DNA from: a virus
Lineage: Duplodnaviria > Heunggongvirae > Uroviricota > Caudoviricetes
Strand: one strand, 5' to 3'
Virus record (IMG/VR): IMGVR_UViG_2579778784_000003
DNA length: 8,736 nt
A program made the translations under genes and the position numbers. Shown one piece after another: positions 1 through 7,386 of the stretch; position 1 is the stretch's first letter; every line of letters begins with the position of its first letter. The notes beneath the pieces were generated by a model. The model did no database searches and had not been told where the DNA came from. It saw only the letters and a program-made list of their open reading frames with translations.

Positions 1-639
1 TGCGGCCTCCCGCGCTTTTGTGGTGGCGACTCCGGCATTTTCAGCGGCTGACTCTGCATTACGGCGGGAAGCCTCTTCACTGTCTGCGGAGGCTTCTTCT
101 GACGCACGGGCATTTGTCTCTGAACGTTCTGCCGCTGTTGCTGCGTTTTGTGCGGCTGTTTTTGAAGAAGCTGCCGCTTTCGCGCTGTTACCTGCATTCG
201 TCTCTGATGTTTTCGCCGCATTCCTGGACGATGCCGCTGCTGTTTCTGATTTCTTTGCTGCCGCTGCGCTCTGAGAGGCGGCTTCAGCGTTGCGTGCCGC
301 TTCTTCCACCATTTCCTCAAAACGACGCAATGCCTCCGGCATGACATCATCTTCCGTCATGGCACCGAGAAAATCATTCAGCGTACCTGGTCTGGAACCT
401 TCATAGACGGTAATGGTCCCGGCATGTGAAGGCGGAAAACCTTCAACCAGCAGGGTGACGCTGTACTGTCCATACTCAACATCCATGCTGTAACGCCCGG
501 CTTCATCCGGATTTTCAGAGGCCACTGTGTTGACCAGTACCGTGGTGCTGTTACGCTTTGCCTTCAGTTGAATAGTGCAGTTCTGTATTGGTTTTCCCGC
601 ACCATCTTTCAGCACACCTGAGATTTTTACTGCTGCCAT
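1..639 (-). CDS. stf: Side tail fibre protein Stf, N-terminal 213 codons only (3' end lies beyond the window start)
   Basis: Not in the supplied ORF track because it has no stop in the window. Hand translation of the minus strand from the ATG at 639..637 gives MAAVKISGVLKDGAGKPIQNCTIQLKAKRNSTTVLVNTVASENPDEAGRYSMDVEYGQYSVTLLVEGFPPSHAGTITVYEGSRPGTLNDFLGAMTEDD..., then an Ala/Ser-rich repetitive segment (..SETNAGNSAKAAASSKTAAQNAAAAERSETNARASEEA..). It runs open to position 1 in frame. The N-terminus closely matches lambda Stf as I recall it. GGAG RBS-like motif at 648..645 (minus). Position directly downstream of lom matches lambda synteny. Confidence 0.85.
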   Translation of the reverse strand, partial: MAAVKISGVLKDGAGKPIQNCTIQLKAKRNSTTVLVNTVASENPDEAGRYSMDVEYGQYSVTLLVEGFPPSHAGTITVYEGSRPGTLNDFLGAMTEDDVMPEALRRFEEMVEEAARNAEAASQSAAAAKKSETAAASSRNAAKTSETNAGNSAKAAASSKTAAQNAATAAERSETNARASEEASADSEEASRRNAESAAENAGVATTKAREAA

Positions 640-650
640 ATCCACTCCAC

Positions 651-676
651 AAAAAAGCCCGCCTGAACCGGCGGGC
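651..676 (-). terminator. Putative intrinsic terminator downstream of lom
   Basis: Minus-strand RNA would read GCCCGCC-GGUUCA-GGCGGGC followed by UUUUUU (plus strand: A-run 651..656, stem arms 657..663 and 670..676). A 7-bp GC-rich stem followed by a U-tract, oriented for minus-strand transcription, 28 nt after the lom stop and 12 nt before the stf start. Confidence 0.5.
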
Positions 677-703
677 TGTCATAACACTGTGTTACCTGGC
701 TAA

Positions 704-1303
704 TCAGAATTTATAACCGACACCAACGATGAAACCGTCAGTGCGCCAGTCGCCACTGCCGGAACCTTCATAAGCAATATCAATGGCCACGGATTCGGTC
801 GGGTTAAACTGCACGCCAGCCCCCCATGCCAGAGACGTGTCGCTGTGGCGACCGTCATCACTTCCGGTCAGCACATCGTGCGTTTTCCCCTTGTTGTCAG
901 TTACGCGGAGATAATCCCCGGAGAACGTCGAAACACGGCTGTAAGCCACACCCGCCATCGCATAAGCACTGAACCATTCATTCACGCGTACAGACGGCCC
1001 CGCCATCACGCTGAACCAGCGGTTACGCACTGAATCTTCATGCCAGCGGGTATCGCTGTAATGCGTTTTTTGCTCATCTTTGGCATTGGCATAACTGAAT
1101 GACGTCACCAGCCCCAGCGTGTCCGTAAATTCATAACGGTATTTCACGTTAATGCCCTTCAGGTCATCACTGCCTGGCATATCAGTATGGGTCTGAAGAT
1201 ACCCGGCGCTTAGTGTGGACTGATGCTCTGCTGCGCTCGCTGGCGTACCAGCGGCAACCAGCCAGACTACTGCGGACAGAATAACAGCACATAATTTACG
1301 CAT
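704..1303 (-). CDS. lom: Lom-family outer membrane protein (Ail/Lom/OmpX 8-stranded beta-barrel family), prophage moron
   Basis: 199-aa ORF. N-terminal signal peptide MRKLCAVILSAVVWLVAAGTPASA with an AxA cleavage motif. C-terminal block IDIAYEGSGSGDWRTDGFIVGVGYKF matches the lambda Lom C-terminus as I recall it; terminal aromatic residue typical of OM beta-barrels. Location between J and stf is the canonical lom position. RBS-like GAGAGG upstream. Confidence 0.9.
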   Translation of the reverse strand: MRKLCAVILSAVVWLVAAGTPASAAEHQSTLSAGYLQTHTDMPGSDDLKGINVKYRYEFTDTLGLVTSFSYANAKDEQKTHYSDTRWHEDSVRNRWFSVMAGPSVRVNEWFSAYAMAGVAYSRVSTFSGDYLRVTDNKGKTHDVLTGSDDGRHSDTSLAWGAGVQFNPTESVAIDIAYEGSGSGDWRTDGFIVGVGYKF

Positions 1304-1325
1304 AATTACCTCTCGCTTTTCTGCA

Positions 1326-1351
1326 ATAAAAAAGGCGTCATTTCTGACGCC
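1326..1351 (-). terminator. Putative intrinsic terminator downstream of J
   Basis: Minus-strand RNA would read GGCGUCA-GAAA-UGACGCC followed by UUUUUUAU (plus-strand stem arms 1334..1340 and 1345..1351, A-run 1326..1333). It starts 20 nt after the J stop, with a GNRA-like tetraloop. Confidence 0.55.
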
Positions 1352-1370
1352 CGTATTGGGGTTATAAAAT

Positions 1371-4300
1371 TCAGCTGATACTGATACCAGCTGTAGATTT
1401 CTTCATCACAACAACAAGAAGGTCGCTGATACTGGTCGTTGGCGTCCAGTTATTAGCACCATATGAAGAAACATTGAAAGTCAGGGTGACATGGCCGTGT
1501 CCGGCAGGCATATCAATGACTGATGAAAATACCCTGCTGACATCCGTCGCGGGTTGCTGAAAGATTTCCTGTCCGTTCTTCAGCACCTGCAGCTTACAGG
1601 TTGAATACCAGTATGACTGTTGGTTGTTGCTGTTGAAGTTTTCATGCTTACCACCGCGAAACAGAACGGGGGGGATTACTATCTGACGGTCAAAAGCCTG
1701 GTCATCGTACACAGTGACCGTTATTGTACCGCTGGCATAACTGCCATTTCTCGGAAAGGCTTTTCCCACCGTTTTGACAATATCACCTTCAATCTGGTTG
1801 GCTGACAGTTTTCCCAGAATCCGACAGTTCTGATTAATCGTGACGTTGTTGAGCGTCCCGGAGTTCGCGTTCACGTTACCGCTGATATCCGCATTTTTCG
1901 CCGTCAGTCGCCCGTCAGGTGTCAGTGAAAACGTTGGGGGATTGCCACCGCTGGTAATGGTGGGAGCCGTCAGATATTTCAGGAACACTTCGTTCATGAA
2001 TATCTGATCGCCCTGCCCAACAAACATCGGCTTTGTGTTGCCATTCGCAGGATTAATCATCGCAATCCTGTCTGCCGCCAGCAGCACCTGACTCTGCATA
2101 CCGTCGGGGGTGTTCTCAATACCGGCACCGATACCCGCGATATAAAGGCGTCCGTCCTGCATCTGCTGCAGCTTCACAGCCCACATGCTGTTCAGGTTAT
2201 TATTTGTATCAACCTGAACCTTCTGTATCTGCTGGATCGCTGCACTCTGGTCTTCCAGTTTCTTATTGACGGTCTGCGTGATTTCATTGCTGACACCCGT
2301 AATGGATGTCCTGATTTCAGCCAGGTCAGGCGCAAGCTGACCGTTATCAATCTGCGTCCACAACTCCTGAGCCAGGTGTGTTTTTCCTATCTCTCCTTTG
2401 AAAAAATCCAGATAGCCGGATGCGTCATCACTCGGCTGACCGACAGCCTCCACGAATGTCGATTTGCCGACGGTGTTCACACTGCGAACGTAAAAATAAT
2501 AATCATGGCCCGGTTTGATATTGATACTGGCGGCTATCCAGTACAGCGCCGTGCCAAGATAGCGGGCTGTGGTTTCAACCTGCCTGATATCCGCAATCCG
2601 CTTTTCCGAGAACCAGAACTCAAACTGTACCGTCGGATCATAAACCGCAAGATGCGGCGTGGCGGTTATCTGAAAATAGCCCGGCGTCAGCTCAATCCGC
2701 GACGGCGCTGCCGGTGCGGCAATCCGGAACGATACCGATGCCGGATCGCCCTGCTGTCCCCACGCATTTACCGCCCGGACCGTCAGCGTGTAACGCCCCA
2801 GCGCCAGTTGCCTGAAGCGGTATGTGGTTTCCGTCGTCCGGGCCGTGCTGACCAGCCGCTCACTGCCGTCGTCCGCTGTTACGGTCAGGCGAAGCAGGAA
2901 GCTCACCCCCTTCACCACCTTCGGTGTGTCCCAGCGCGCCAGCACCTGGTATTCCCCGCTGTCTGCGGTGACTTCTGCGGTCAGGTGCTGCACCGCTGGC
3001 GGCGTGACACCGTTTACCGTTCCGCTCTGGTCGCCGTCAAAGTGCGCCCCGTTATCCACGATGGCCTCTTTTTCCGGTACATGCTGCACGGCGGTGATGG
3101 CATACGTGCCGTCGTCGTTCTCACGGATACTCACGCAGCGGAACAGGCGCTGGCGCAACGTCGGCAGCTTCAGCCCCCATACGCTGTATTCAGCAACGCC
3201 GTCAGGAACACGGCTCACTTTCACCTTCACGCCGTCGGTGACGGACTGAACCTCCACGCTGACCGGACTCCCCTGCCCGTCAACCAGACTTATCAGCGTG
3301 GTGCCGGAAGATGGCAGCGTGATTTCACGGTCGAGCGTCAGCGTCCGGGTCTGGCTGTTTACCGCCAGCACGCGCCCGCCGGTGCGGATACCGGCATAGT
3401 CATCATCGCAGATTTCAATGACATCGCCCGGTACATGGCGAAGCCCTTCGGCACCCACGCTGAAATCCACGGTCTGCGTTTCCAGCAGTTCTGTTTTAAT
3501 CAGCCACAGCCCGGCGCGGTGTGCCTGCCCCCGGCTGGTACAGCCAAAAGCATCCATCTTCGTGACGTTACGACCGTAACGGGCAATGGCCTGCGTATCC
3601 TCCACAAGCTCTGTCGCCGTCTCCCAGCCGTTGTTCGGGTCAATCCAGTTCACCTCAACGGCATTATGGCGGTCTTTCAGGGCGCTGAAGCTGTAGCGGA
3701 ACGGCGCGCCATCATCCGGCATCACCACATTACTGCGGTTATAGGTCCACACCTTATCCGACGGTCGGTCCTGCACGAACGTCAGCGTCTGCCCGTTCCA
3801 TACCGGCATACAGCGCATCGCCGAGCAGAAATCACTGAGCACATCCCACGCCTTGCGCTGTGTGGTCAGGTAAGCGTTACAGGTGATGCGCGGCTCCGTG
3901 CCGCCAAAGCCGTCCGGCACCGACTGGTCGCAATTCTGGCCGATGACATACAGCGCCCATTTATCCACATCCGCCGCACCAAGACGTTTCCCCATGCCGT
4001 AGCGCGGATGGGTCAGCATATCCCACAGACACCAGGCCATGTTGTTGCTGTATGCCGGTTTTAACGTTCCGTCCCAGATACCGCTGTATTGCCGCGTCTG
4101 CGGGTTATAGTTCGACGGCACCTGCAGAATGCGCCCGCGAAGATGATAATTACGGCTCACCTGCTGGCTGCCGAACTGCTCCGAGTCCACCTGCACGCCA
4201 ACCAGTGCCGTGTTCGGGTAGCACTGTTTCACATCGATGATTTCGGTGTATGACGACCAGAGCGTTTTGTTCTGCAACTGGTCTGTGGTGCTGTCCGGCG

Positions 4301-4853
4301 TCATCCTGCGCATCCGGATATTAAACGGGCGCGGCGGCAGGTTATCCACCACCACCGAGGCCAGATACTGCGAGGTGGTTTTGCCCTTAATGGTGATGTC
4401 TTTTTCCGTCACCCAGCCACCGTTACGCTGTATCTGAACCAGCAGGCGAACTTCCGACGGATTCCTGTCTCCCTTTGAGGTGGTTTCCACCAGTGCCTGT
4501 ACACCGAAGGTAAAGCGCAGACGGTCGATGTTTGCCGACGTGATGGTCCGGGTGATCGGCGTGTCATATTTCACTTCCGTACCCAGCACCGTCTCGGAGC
4601 CGGAGGATTCAAATCCCTCCGGCGGTGACTGCTCCTGCTCACCGGCCCGGAACACCACCGTGACGCCGGATATATTGGTATTCCCCTCACTGTCCAGCAC
4701 CGGCGTACTGTTCAGCAGCACGCTTTTTAACCCATCCACCGGACCTTCAACCGGCCCTTCGCTGATGGCATCGATCACACTCAGCAACTGCGTGGACTTC
4801 AGGTTGTCCTTCGCTTCGCGCGGGGTATGCCCCTTACTGCTGCCTTTACCCAT
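1371..4853 (-). CDS. J: Tail tip host-specificity protein J (central tail fibre)
   Basis: 1160-aa ORF. N-terminus [54 protein letters not shown] and C-terminus ..[39 protein letters not shown] both recognisably match lambda J (1132 aa in lambda, from memory). GGAG RBS at about 4866..4863 (minus). Follows I and precedes lom as in lambda. Confidence 0.95.
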   Translation of the reverse strand: MGKGSSKGHTPREAKDNLKSTQLLSVIDAISEGPVEGPVDGLKSVLLNSTPVLDSEGNTNISGVTVVFRAGEQEQSPPEGFESSGSETVLGTEVKYDTPITRTITSANIDRLRFTFGVQALVETTSKGDRNPSEVRLLVQIQRNGGWVTEKDITIKGKTTSQYLASVVVDNLPPRPFNIRMRRMTPDSTTDQLQNKTLWSSYTEIIDVKQCYPNTALVGVQVDSEQFGSQQVSRNYHLRGRILQVPSNYNPQTRQYSGIWDGTLKPAYSNNMAWCLWDMLTHPRYGMGKRLGAADVDKWALYVIGQNCDQSVPDGFGGTEPRITCNAYLTTQRKAWDVLSDFCSAMRCMPVWNGQTLTFVQDRPSDKVWTYNRSNVVMPDDGAPFRYSFSALKDRHNAVEVNWIDPNNGWETATELVEDTQAIARYGRNVTKMDAFGCTSRGQAHRAGLWLIKTELLETQTVDFSVGAEGLRHVPGDVIEICDDDYAGIRTGGRVLAVNSQTRTLTLDREITLPSSGTTLISLVDGQGSPVSVEVQSVTDGVKVKVSRVPDGVAEYSVWGLKLPTLRQRLFRCVSIRENDDGTYAITAVQHVPEKEAIVDNGAHFDGDQSGTVNGVTPPAVQHLTAEVTADSGEYQVLARWDTPKVVKGVSFLLRLTVTADDGSERLVSTARTTETTYRFRQLALGRYTLTVRAVNAWGQQGDPASVSFRIAAPAAPSRIELTPGYFQITATPHLAVYDPTVQFEFWFSEKRIADIRQVETTARYLGTALYWIAASINIKPGHDYYFYVRSVNTVGKSTFVEAVGQPSDDASGYLDFFKGEIGKTHLAQELWTQIDNGQLAPDLAEIRTSITGVSNEITQTVNKKLEDQSAAIQQIQKVQVDTNNNLNSMWAVKLQQMQDGRLYIAGIGAGIENTPDGMQSQVLLAADRIAMINPANGNTKPMFVGQGDQIFMNEVFLKYLTAPTITSGGNPPTFSLTPDGRLTAKNADISGNVNANSGTLNNVTINQNCRILGKLSANQIEGDIVKTVGKAFPRNGSYASGTITVTVYDDQAFDRQIVIPPVLFRGGKHENFNSNNQQSYWYSTCKLQVLKNGQEIFQQPATDVSRVFSSVIDMPAGHGHVTLTFNVSSYGANNWTPTTSISDLLVVVMKKSTAGISIS

Positions 4854-4875
4854 TCGTCATGCTCCATAAACGACA

Positions 4876-4895
4876 AAACCGCCCGCAGGCGGTTT
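4876..4895. other. Perfect 8-bp stem / 4-nt loop hairpin in the I-J intergenic spacer
   Basis: AAACCGCC-cgca-GGCGGTTT read directly from the sequence. No convincing U-tract on the transcribed (minus) strand, so it is not called as a terminator. Lies about 20 nt upstream of the J RBS. Confidence 0.3.
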
Positions 4896-4913
4896 CACAT
4901 AAAACATTTTGCA

Positions 4914-5561
4914 TCAGCGACCAATCACCACAACCTGACCACCGTCACCTTCGTCTGCCGTGCTGATCTCCTGAGAAACCACCCGCGACCCCACACGCAT
5001 TTCACCGTACAGAACAGGCAGAACATTGCCCTGAGCAACCATGTTATCCAGTGAGGAGAAATAGGTGTTCTGTTTGCCGTTATCTGTACTGGCTGCCGTG
5101 GGCGTCCTGGCTTTCGGTGCCAGCATCTGGGCCACACCACCCAGAATCATACTGGCCCCTGCCGCATACATGCCCGATACAGCCGCAGCACCCAGCCAGC
5201 CCACAGGGTTCCACCATGCCACCGCAATCAGCGCCGCCCCCAGCACCACCTGAAACACACCGCCACTTTTAGCTCCCGCCATACGCGGCACGATGTGAAT
5301 CACGGCACCATTTTCCAGCGGCTCATTAAGACGGGCAGATAATTCATTTTCGCCTGCATCACGCCCGGCAATGCGCACCTGATACCAGCCCTCATTCAGT
5401 TTCTGGCGAAACGACGGAAGCTGCGTGGCCAGCGCCCGGATGGCTTCAGCCCCCGTTTTCACACGAAGGTCGATGCGGCGGCCAAATCGTTGTAAATCCC
5501 CGTAAAGGCAGATGCGTGCCATGCCCGGTGACGCCAGAGGGAGTGTGTGCGTCGCTGCCAT
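4914..5561 (-). CDS. I: Tail tip assembly protein I
   Basis: 215-aa ORF. N-terminus MAATHTLPLASPGMARICLYGDLQRFGRRIDLRVKTGAEAIRALATQLP and C-terminus KQNTYFSSLDNMVAQGNVLPVLYGEMRVGSRVVSQEISTADEGDGGQVVVIGR match lambda I as recalled. Central Gly/Ala-rich hydrophobic segment. The 103-nt overlap with the 3' end of K is the same arrangement as in lambda. Confidence 0.9.
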   Translation of the reverse strand: MAATHTLPLASPGMARICLYGDLQRFGRRIDLRVKTGAEAIRALATQLPSFRQKLNEGWYQVRIAGRDAGENELSARLNEPLENGAVIHIVPRMAGAKSGGVFQVVLGAALIAVAWWNPVGWLGAAAVSGMYAAGASMILGGVAQMLAPKARTPTAASTDNGKQNTYFSSLDNMVAQGNVLPVLYGEMRVGSRVVSQEISTADEGDGGQVVVIGR

Positions 5562-6202
5562 TTGTCGGTATACCTCTCTCGTTTGCTCAGTTGTTCAGGA
5601 ATATGGTGCAGCAGCTCGCCGTCACCACAGTAAATGGCGGCATGATTCGGCACCGATGAACCAAAACAGCACAGCAGCACATCGCCCGGCTGCGCCGCTG
5701 ACAACGGCACCTGATACAGCCCTGTGGCCTCCAGATTATCCAGATAGAGATTCTGACCGTGACGCCACCAGTCATCCCCGCGATGAAAATCCGGCATCTC
5801 AATCCCCGCCAGATGGTAAGCATCCCGGAACAGCGTGTAACAGTCCGTCACCCCGTGCTCAAAGCGCCGCCCGGTAAGATGCGGCACACAGCGGAATTTA
5901 TGAATCTCACCCCGGCAGACCAGCCACCACGGCAAATCACTCTGCACCTGCAGCCGCCGGTCAGCCTCACTCAGCCAGGGCAGACCACCGGGGTGGCTGT
6001 GGACCAGCGCCACAATCTCACCCTGCGTCTCTGCCCGCAGCCAGTCCTCCGGCGACATCCGGAAATACTCCTCCGGCTCACCGGAGATATTCACGCAGGG
6101 AAAATATCTTTCCCCTTCCGGCGTTCTCACCACGAAGCCGCACGACTCCGCTGGCGCACATCGCCGGGCGTGCGCCAGAATCGCTGATTCTGTCTGTGTC
6201 AT
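5459..6202 (-). CDS. K: Tail tip assembly protein K (N-terminal MPN/JAMM-like domain plus C-terminal NlpC/P60-like domain)
   Basis: 247-aa ORF starting MTQTESAILAHARRCAPAESCGFVV. It contains HSHPGGLPWLSEAD, which fits the JAMM signature HxHx7Sx2D, and a downstream Cys (GVTDCYTLF) and His (NHAAIYCGDGELLHH) consistent with an NlpC/P60 papain-like fold. Start lies 5 nt after the L stop. An internal ATG at 6058..6056 (Met49) would give a 199-aa product, which I believe corresponds to the classical lambda K annotation. Confidence 0.88.
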   Translation of the reverse strand: MTQTESAILAHARRCAPAESCGFVVRTPEGERYFPCVNISGEPEEYFRMSPEDWLRAETQGEIVALVHSHPGGLPWLSEADRRLQVQSDLPWWLVCRGEIHKFRCVPHLTGRRFEHGVTDCYTLFRDAYHLAGIEMPDFHRGDDWWRHGQNLYLDNLEATGLYQVPLSAAQPGDVLLCCFGSSVPNHAAIYCGDGELLHHIPEQLSKRERYTDKWQRRTHSLWRHRAWHASAFTGIYNDLAAASTFV

Positions 6203-6207
6203 GGGAT

Positions 6208-6906
6208 TTACTGCGAAAGTTTGTTAATGGAAAGGAAGCCGCCAAAGTTGCTGACATTATTGCGGAACTTACAGCCACTCAGGCATTTGCTGCATTTATC
6301 CTTCGTGATATCGGACGTCGGCTGGTCATATTCATCCGCGACAGCCGGACCGTGATAACCACACTCATCGCCGCGATAGGTCCAGGTGCAGGTGTTGGCC
6401 AGCATGATACGCCCCGGAAAAACAGCACCATCCGTTTCCGTCGGTGTGGACAACACAAAGGAGGCACTGACCGCACTCAGTTCGCTGCACTGCTCGATGC
6501 GCCAGCGGCTGATCACCTCCTGCTCCGGATCGGCGTCGCTGTTTCCGTTGACGAAGTTCACCGCATCCAGAAAACGGGCGTAAACCTTACGCCGGACCAC
6601 CGTTCCTCCGACCAGACTCTGCAGGTCTTCCGCCATCCCGGTGACCATGCCGTGCAGGTTAGAAACCGTCAGTGTCGGACGGGCAGCACTGCCCTTGCCG
6701 TTCAGTTCAAATCCCGTCCCCTGAATGGGATACGCCTGATACTGTCGCCCCTGCCAGGTGACCGGCTCACCTTTTTCGTTCTGCTCATTACAGAAAAAAT
6801 AACGTTCTCCACCGACCACTGTCAGATCGATTTCCCAGAGCACCACCTGGGCTGACTGAGTGAGGCGTGTCGTCTCATGATGTGTTTCCTGTGGAATATC
6901 CTGCAT
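6208..6906 (-). CDS. L: Tail tip protein L
   Basis: 232-aa ORF, the same length as lambda L. N-terminus MQDIPQETHHETTRLTQSAQVVLWEIDLT and a C-terminal Cys-rich segment (..CTWTYRGDECGYHG..CSKCLSGCKF..) match lambda L as recalled. AGGAG RBS at about 6915..6911 (minus). Confidence 0.9.
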   Translation of the reverse strand: MQDIPQETHHETTRLTQSAQVVLWEIDLTVVGGERYFFCNEQNEKGEPVTWQGRQYQAYPIQGTGFELNGKGSAARPTLTVSNLHGMVTGMAEDLQSLVGGTVVRRKVYARFLDAVNFVNGNSDADPEQEVISRWRIEQCSELSAVSASFVLSTPTETDGAVFPGRIMLANTCTWTYRGDECGYHGPAVADEYDQPTSDITKDKCSKCLSGCKFRNNVSNFGGFLSINKLSQ

Positions 6907-6915
6907 CAGAGACTC

Positions 6916-7386
6916 CTATGCCACGACCTGTTCAAAATCTGCCGTTATGGTTACCCACAACGCCCCCACGCTTACCGACCATTTACGACAAACCACCCTG
7001 ATCGGCTTCCAGTCATAAGGTGGCGTCCACTGAAATGCGCGGACGCCACCGTGCCGTTCCAGAAAGGCTTTTAAAGATGGGTGTTCACATTTACGAACAC
7101 GTATCGTCACGCTGTAAGTCGACAACTGGTTATTCAGTCCCGCCGCACGACGCTGTTCATAACCATCGCCCAGCTTCACTGTCACCACACCGTGCCGTTC
7201 CAGAAAGGCTTTTAAAGATGGGTGTTCACATTTACGAACACGTATCGTCACGCTGTAAGTCGACAACTGGTTATTCAGTCCCGCCGCACGACGCTGTTCA
7301 TAACCATCGCCCAGCTTCACTGTCACCACTTTCGGCTCTGATACCACATTCATATCCGGGCGCACTTTCCAGTGAAACGTCTCCAT
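6916..7386 (-). CDS. M: Tail tip protein M carrying an internal 47-aa in-frame tandem duplication
   Basis: 156-aa ORF. N-terminus METFHWKVRPDMNVVSEPKVV and C-terminus FQWTPPYDWKPIRVVCRKWS..FEQVVA resemble lambda M (about 109 aa). The block VVTVKLGDGYEQRRAAGLNNQLSTYSVTIRVRKCEHPSLKAFLERHG occurs twice in direct succession. The start ATG (7386..7384) overlaps the H stop TAA (7388..7386) by 1 nt. Confidence 0.85.
   Translation of the reverse strand: METFHWKVRPDMNVVSEPKVVTVKLGDGYEQRRAAGLNNQLSTYSVTIRVRKCEHPSLKAFLERHGVVTVKLGDGYEQRRAAGLNNQLSTYSVTIRVRKCEHPSLKAFLERHGGVRAFQWTPPYDWKPIRVVCRKWSVSVGALWVTITADFEQVVA
7047..7329. repeat. Perfect direct tandem duplication, 2 x 141 bp, inside M
   Basis: Base-by-base comparison of 7047..7187 with 7188..7328 found no mismatches. 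Identity also extends one base to 7329, and it breaks at 7046 vs 7187 and at 7189 vs 7330. The period of 141 bp equals 47 codons, so the frame is preserved. Confidence 0.9.

Noticed and set aside
18-344. Plus-strand ORFs of 108 and 84 aa at the left edge
   Set aside because: They lie antisense to the stf N-terminal coding region, which has a clear lambda Stf match. The Ala-rich translation is a by-product of the GC-rich repeat codons on the opposite strand.
640-1370. Possibility that the lom region is an insertion sequence or carries a toxin or defence cargo gene
   Set aside because: No transposase-like ORF, no inverted terminal repeats and no additional ORF. The only gene is a Lom/Ail-family OMP in its canonical lambda position.
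2376-4064. 562-aa plus-strand ORF antisense to J
   Set aside because: It is entirely embedded antisense within the well-supported J gene. The translation is Arg/Pro/His-rich low complexity with no recognisable domain. Long antisense ORFs are expected by chance in GC-rich coding sequence.
4925-6476. Several 60-140-aa ORFs overlapping K, I and L on either strand (4925..5140, 5512..5877, 5587..5823, 5759..6187, 6078..6278, 6279..6476)
   Set aside because: All are nested in or antisense to ORFs with strong lambda homology. The Arg/Cys/Pro-rich compositions are typical of out-of-frame translation.
7047-7329. Possible CRISPR array or other non-coding repeat array
   Set aside because: Only two copies, a 141-bp unit, no spacers, and fully inside an open reading frame with preserved frame. 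It is a coding tandem duplication, not CRISPR.
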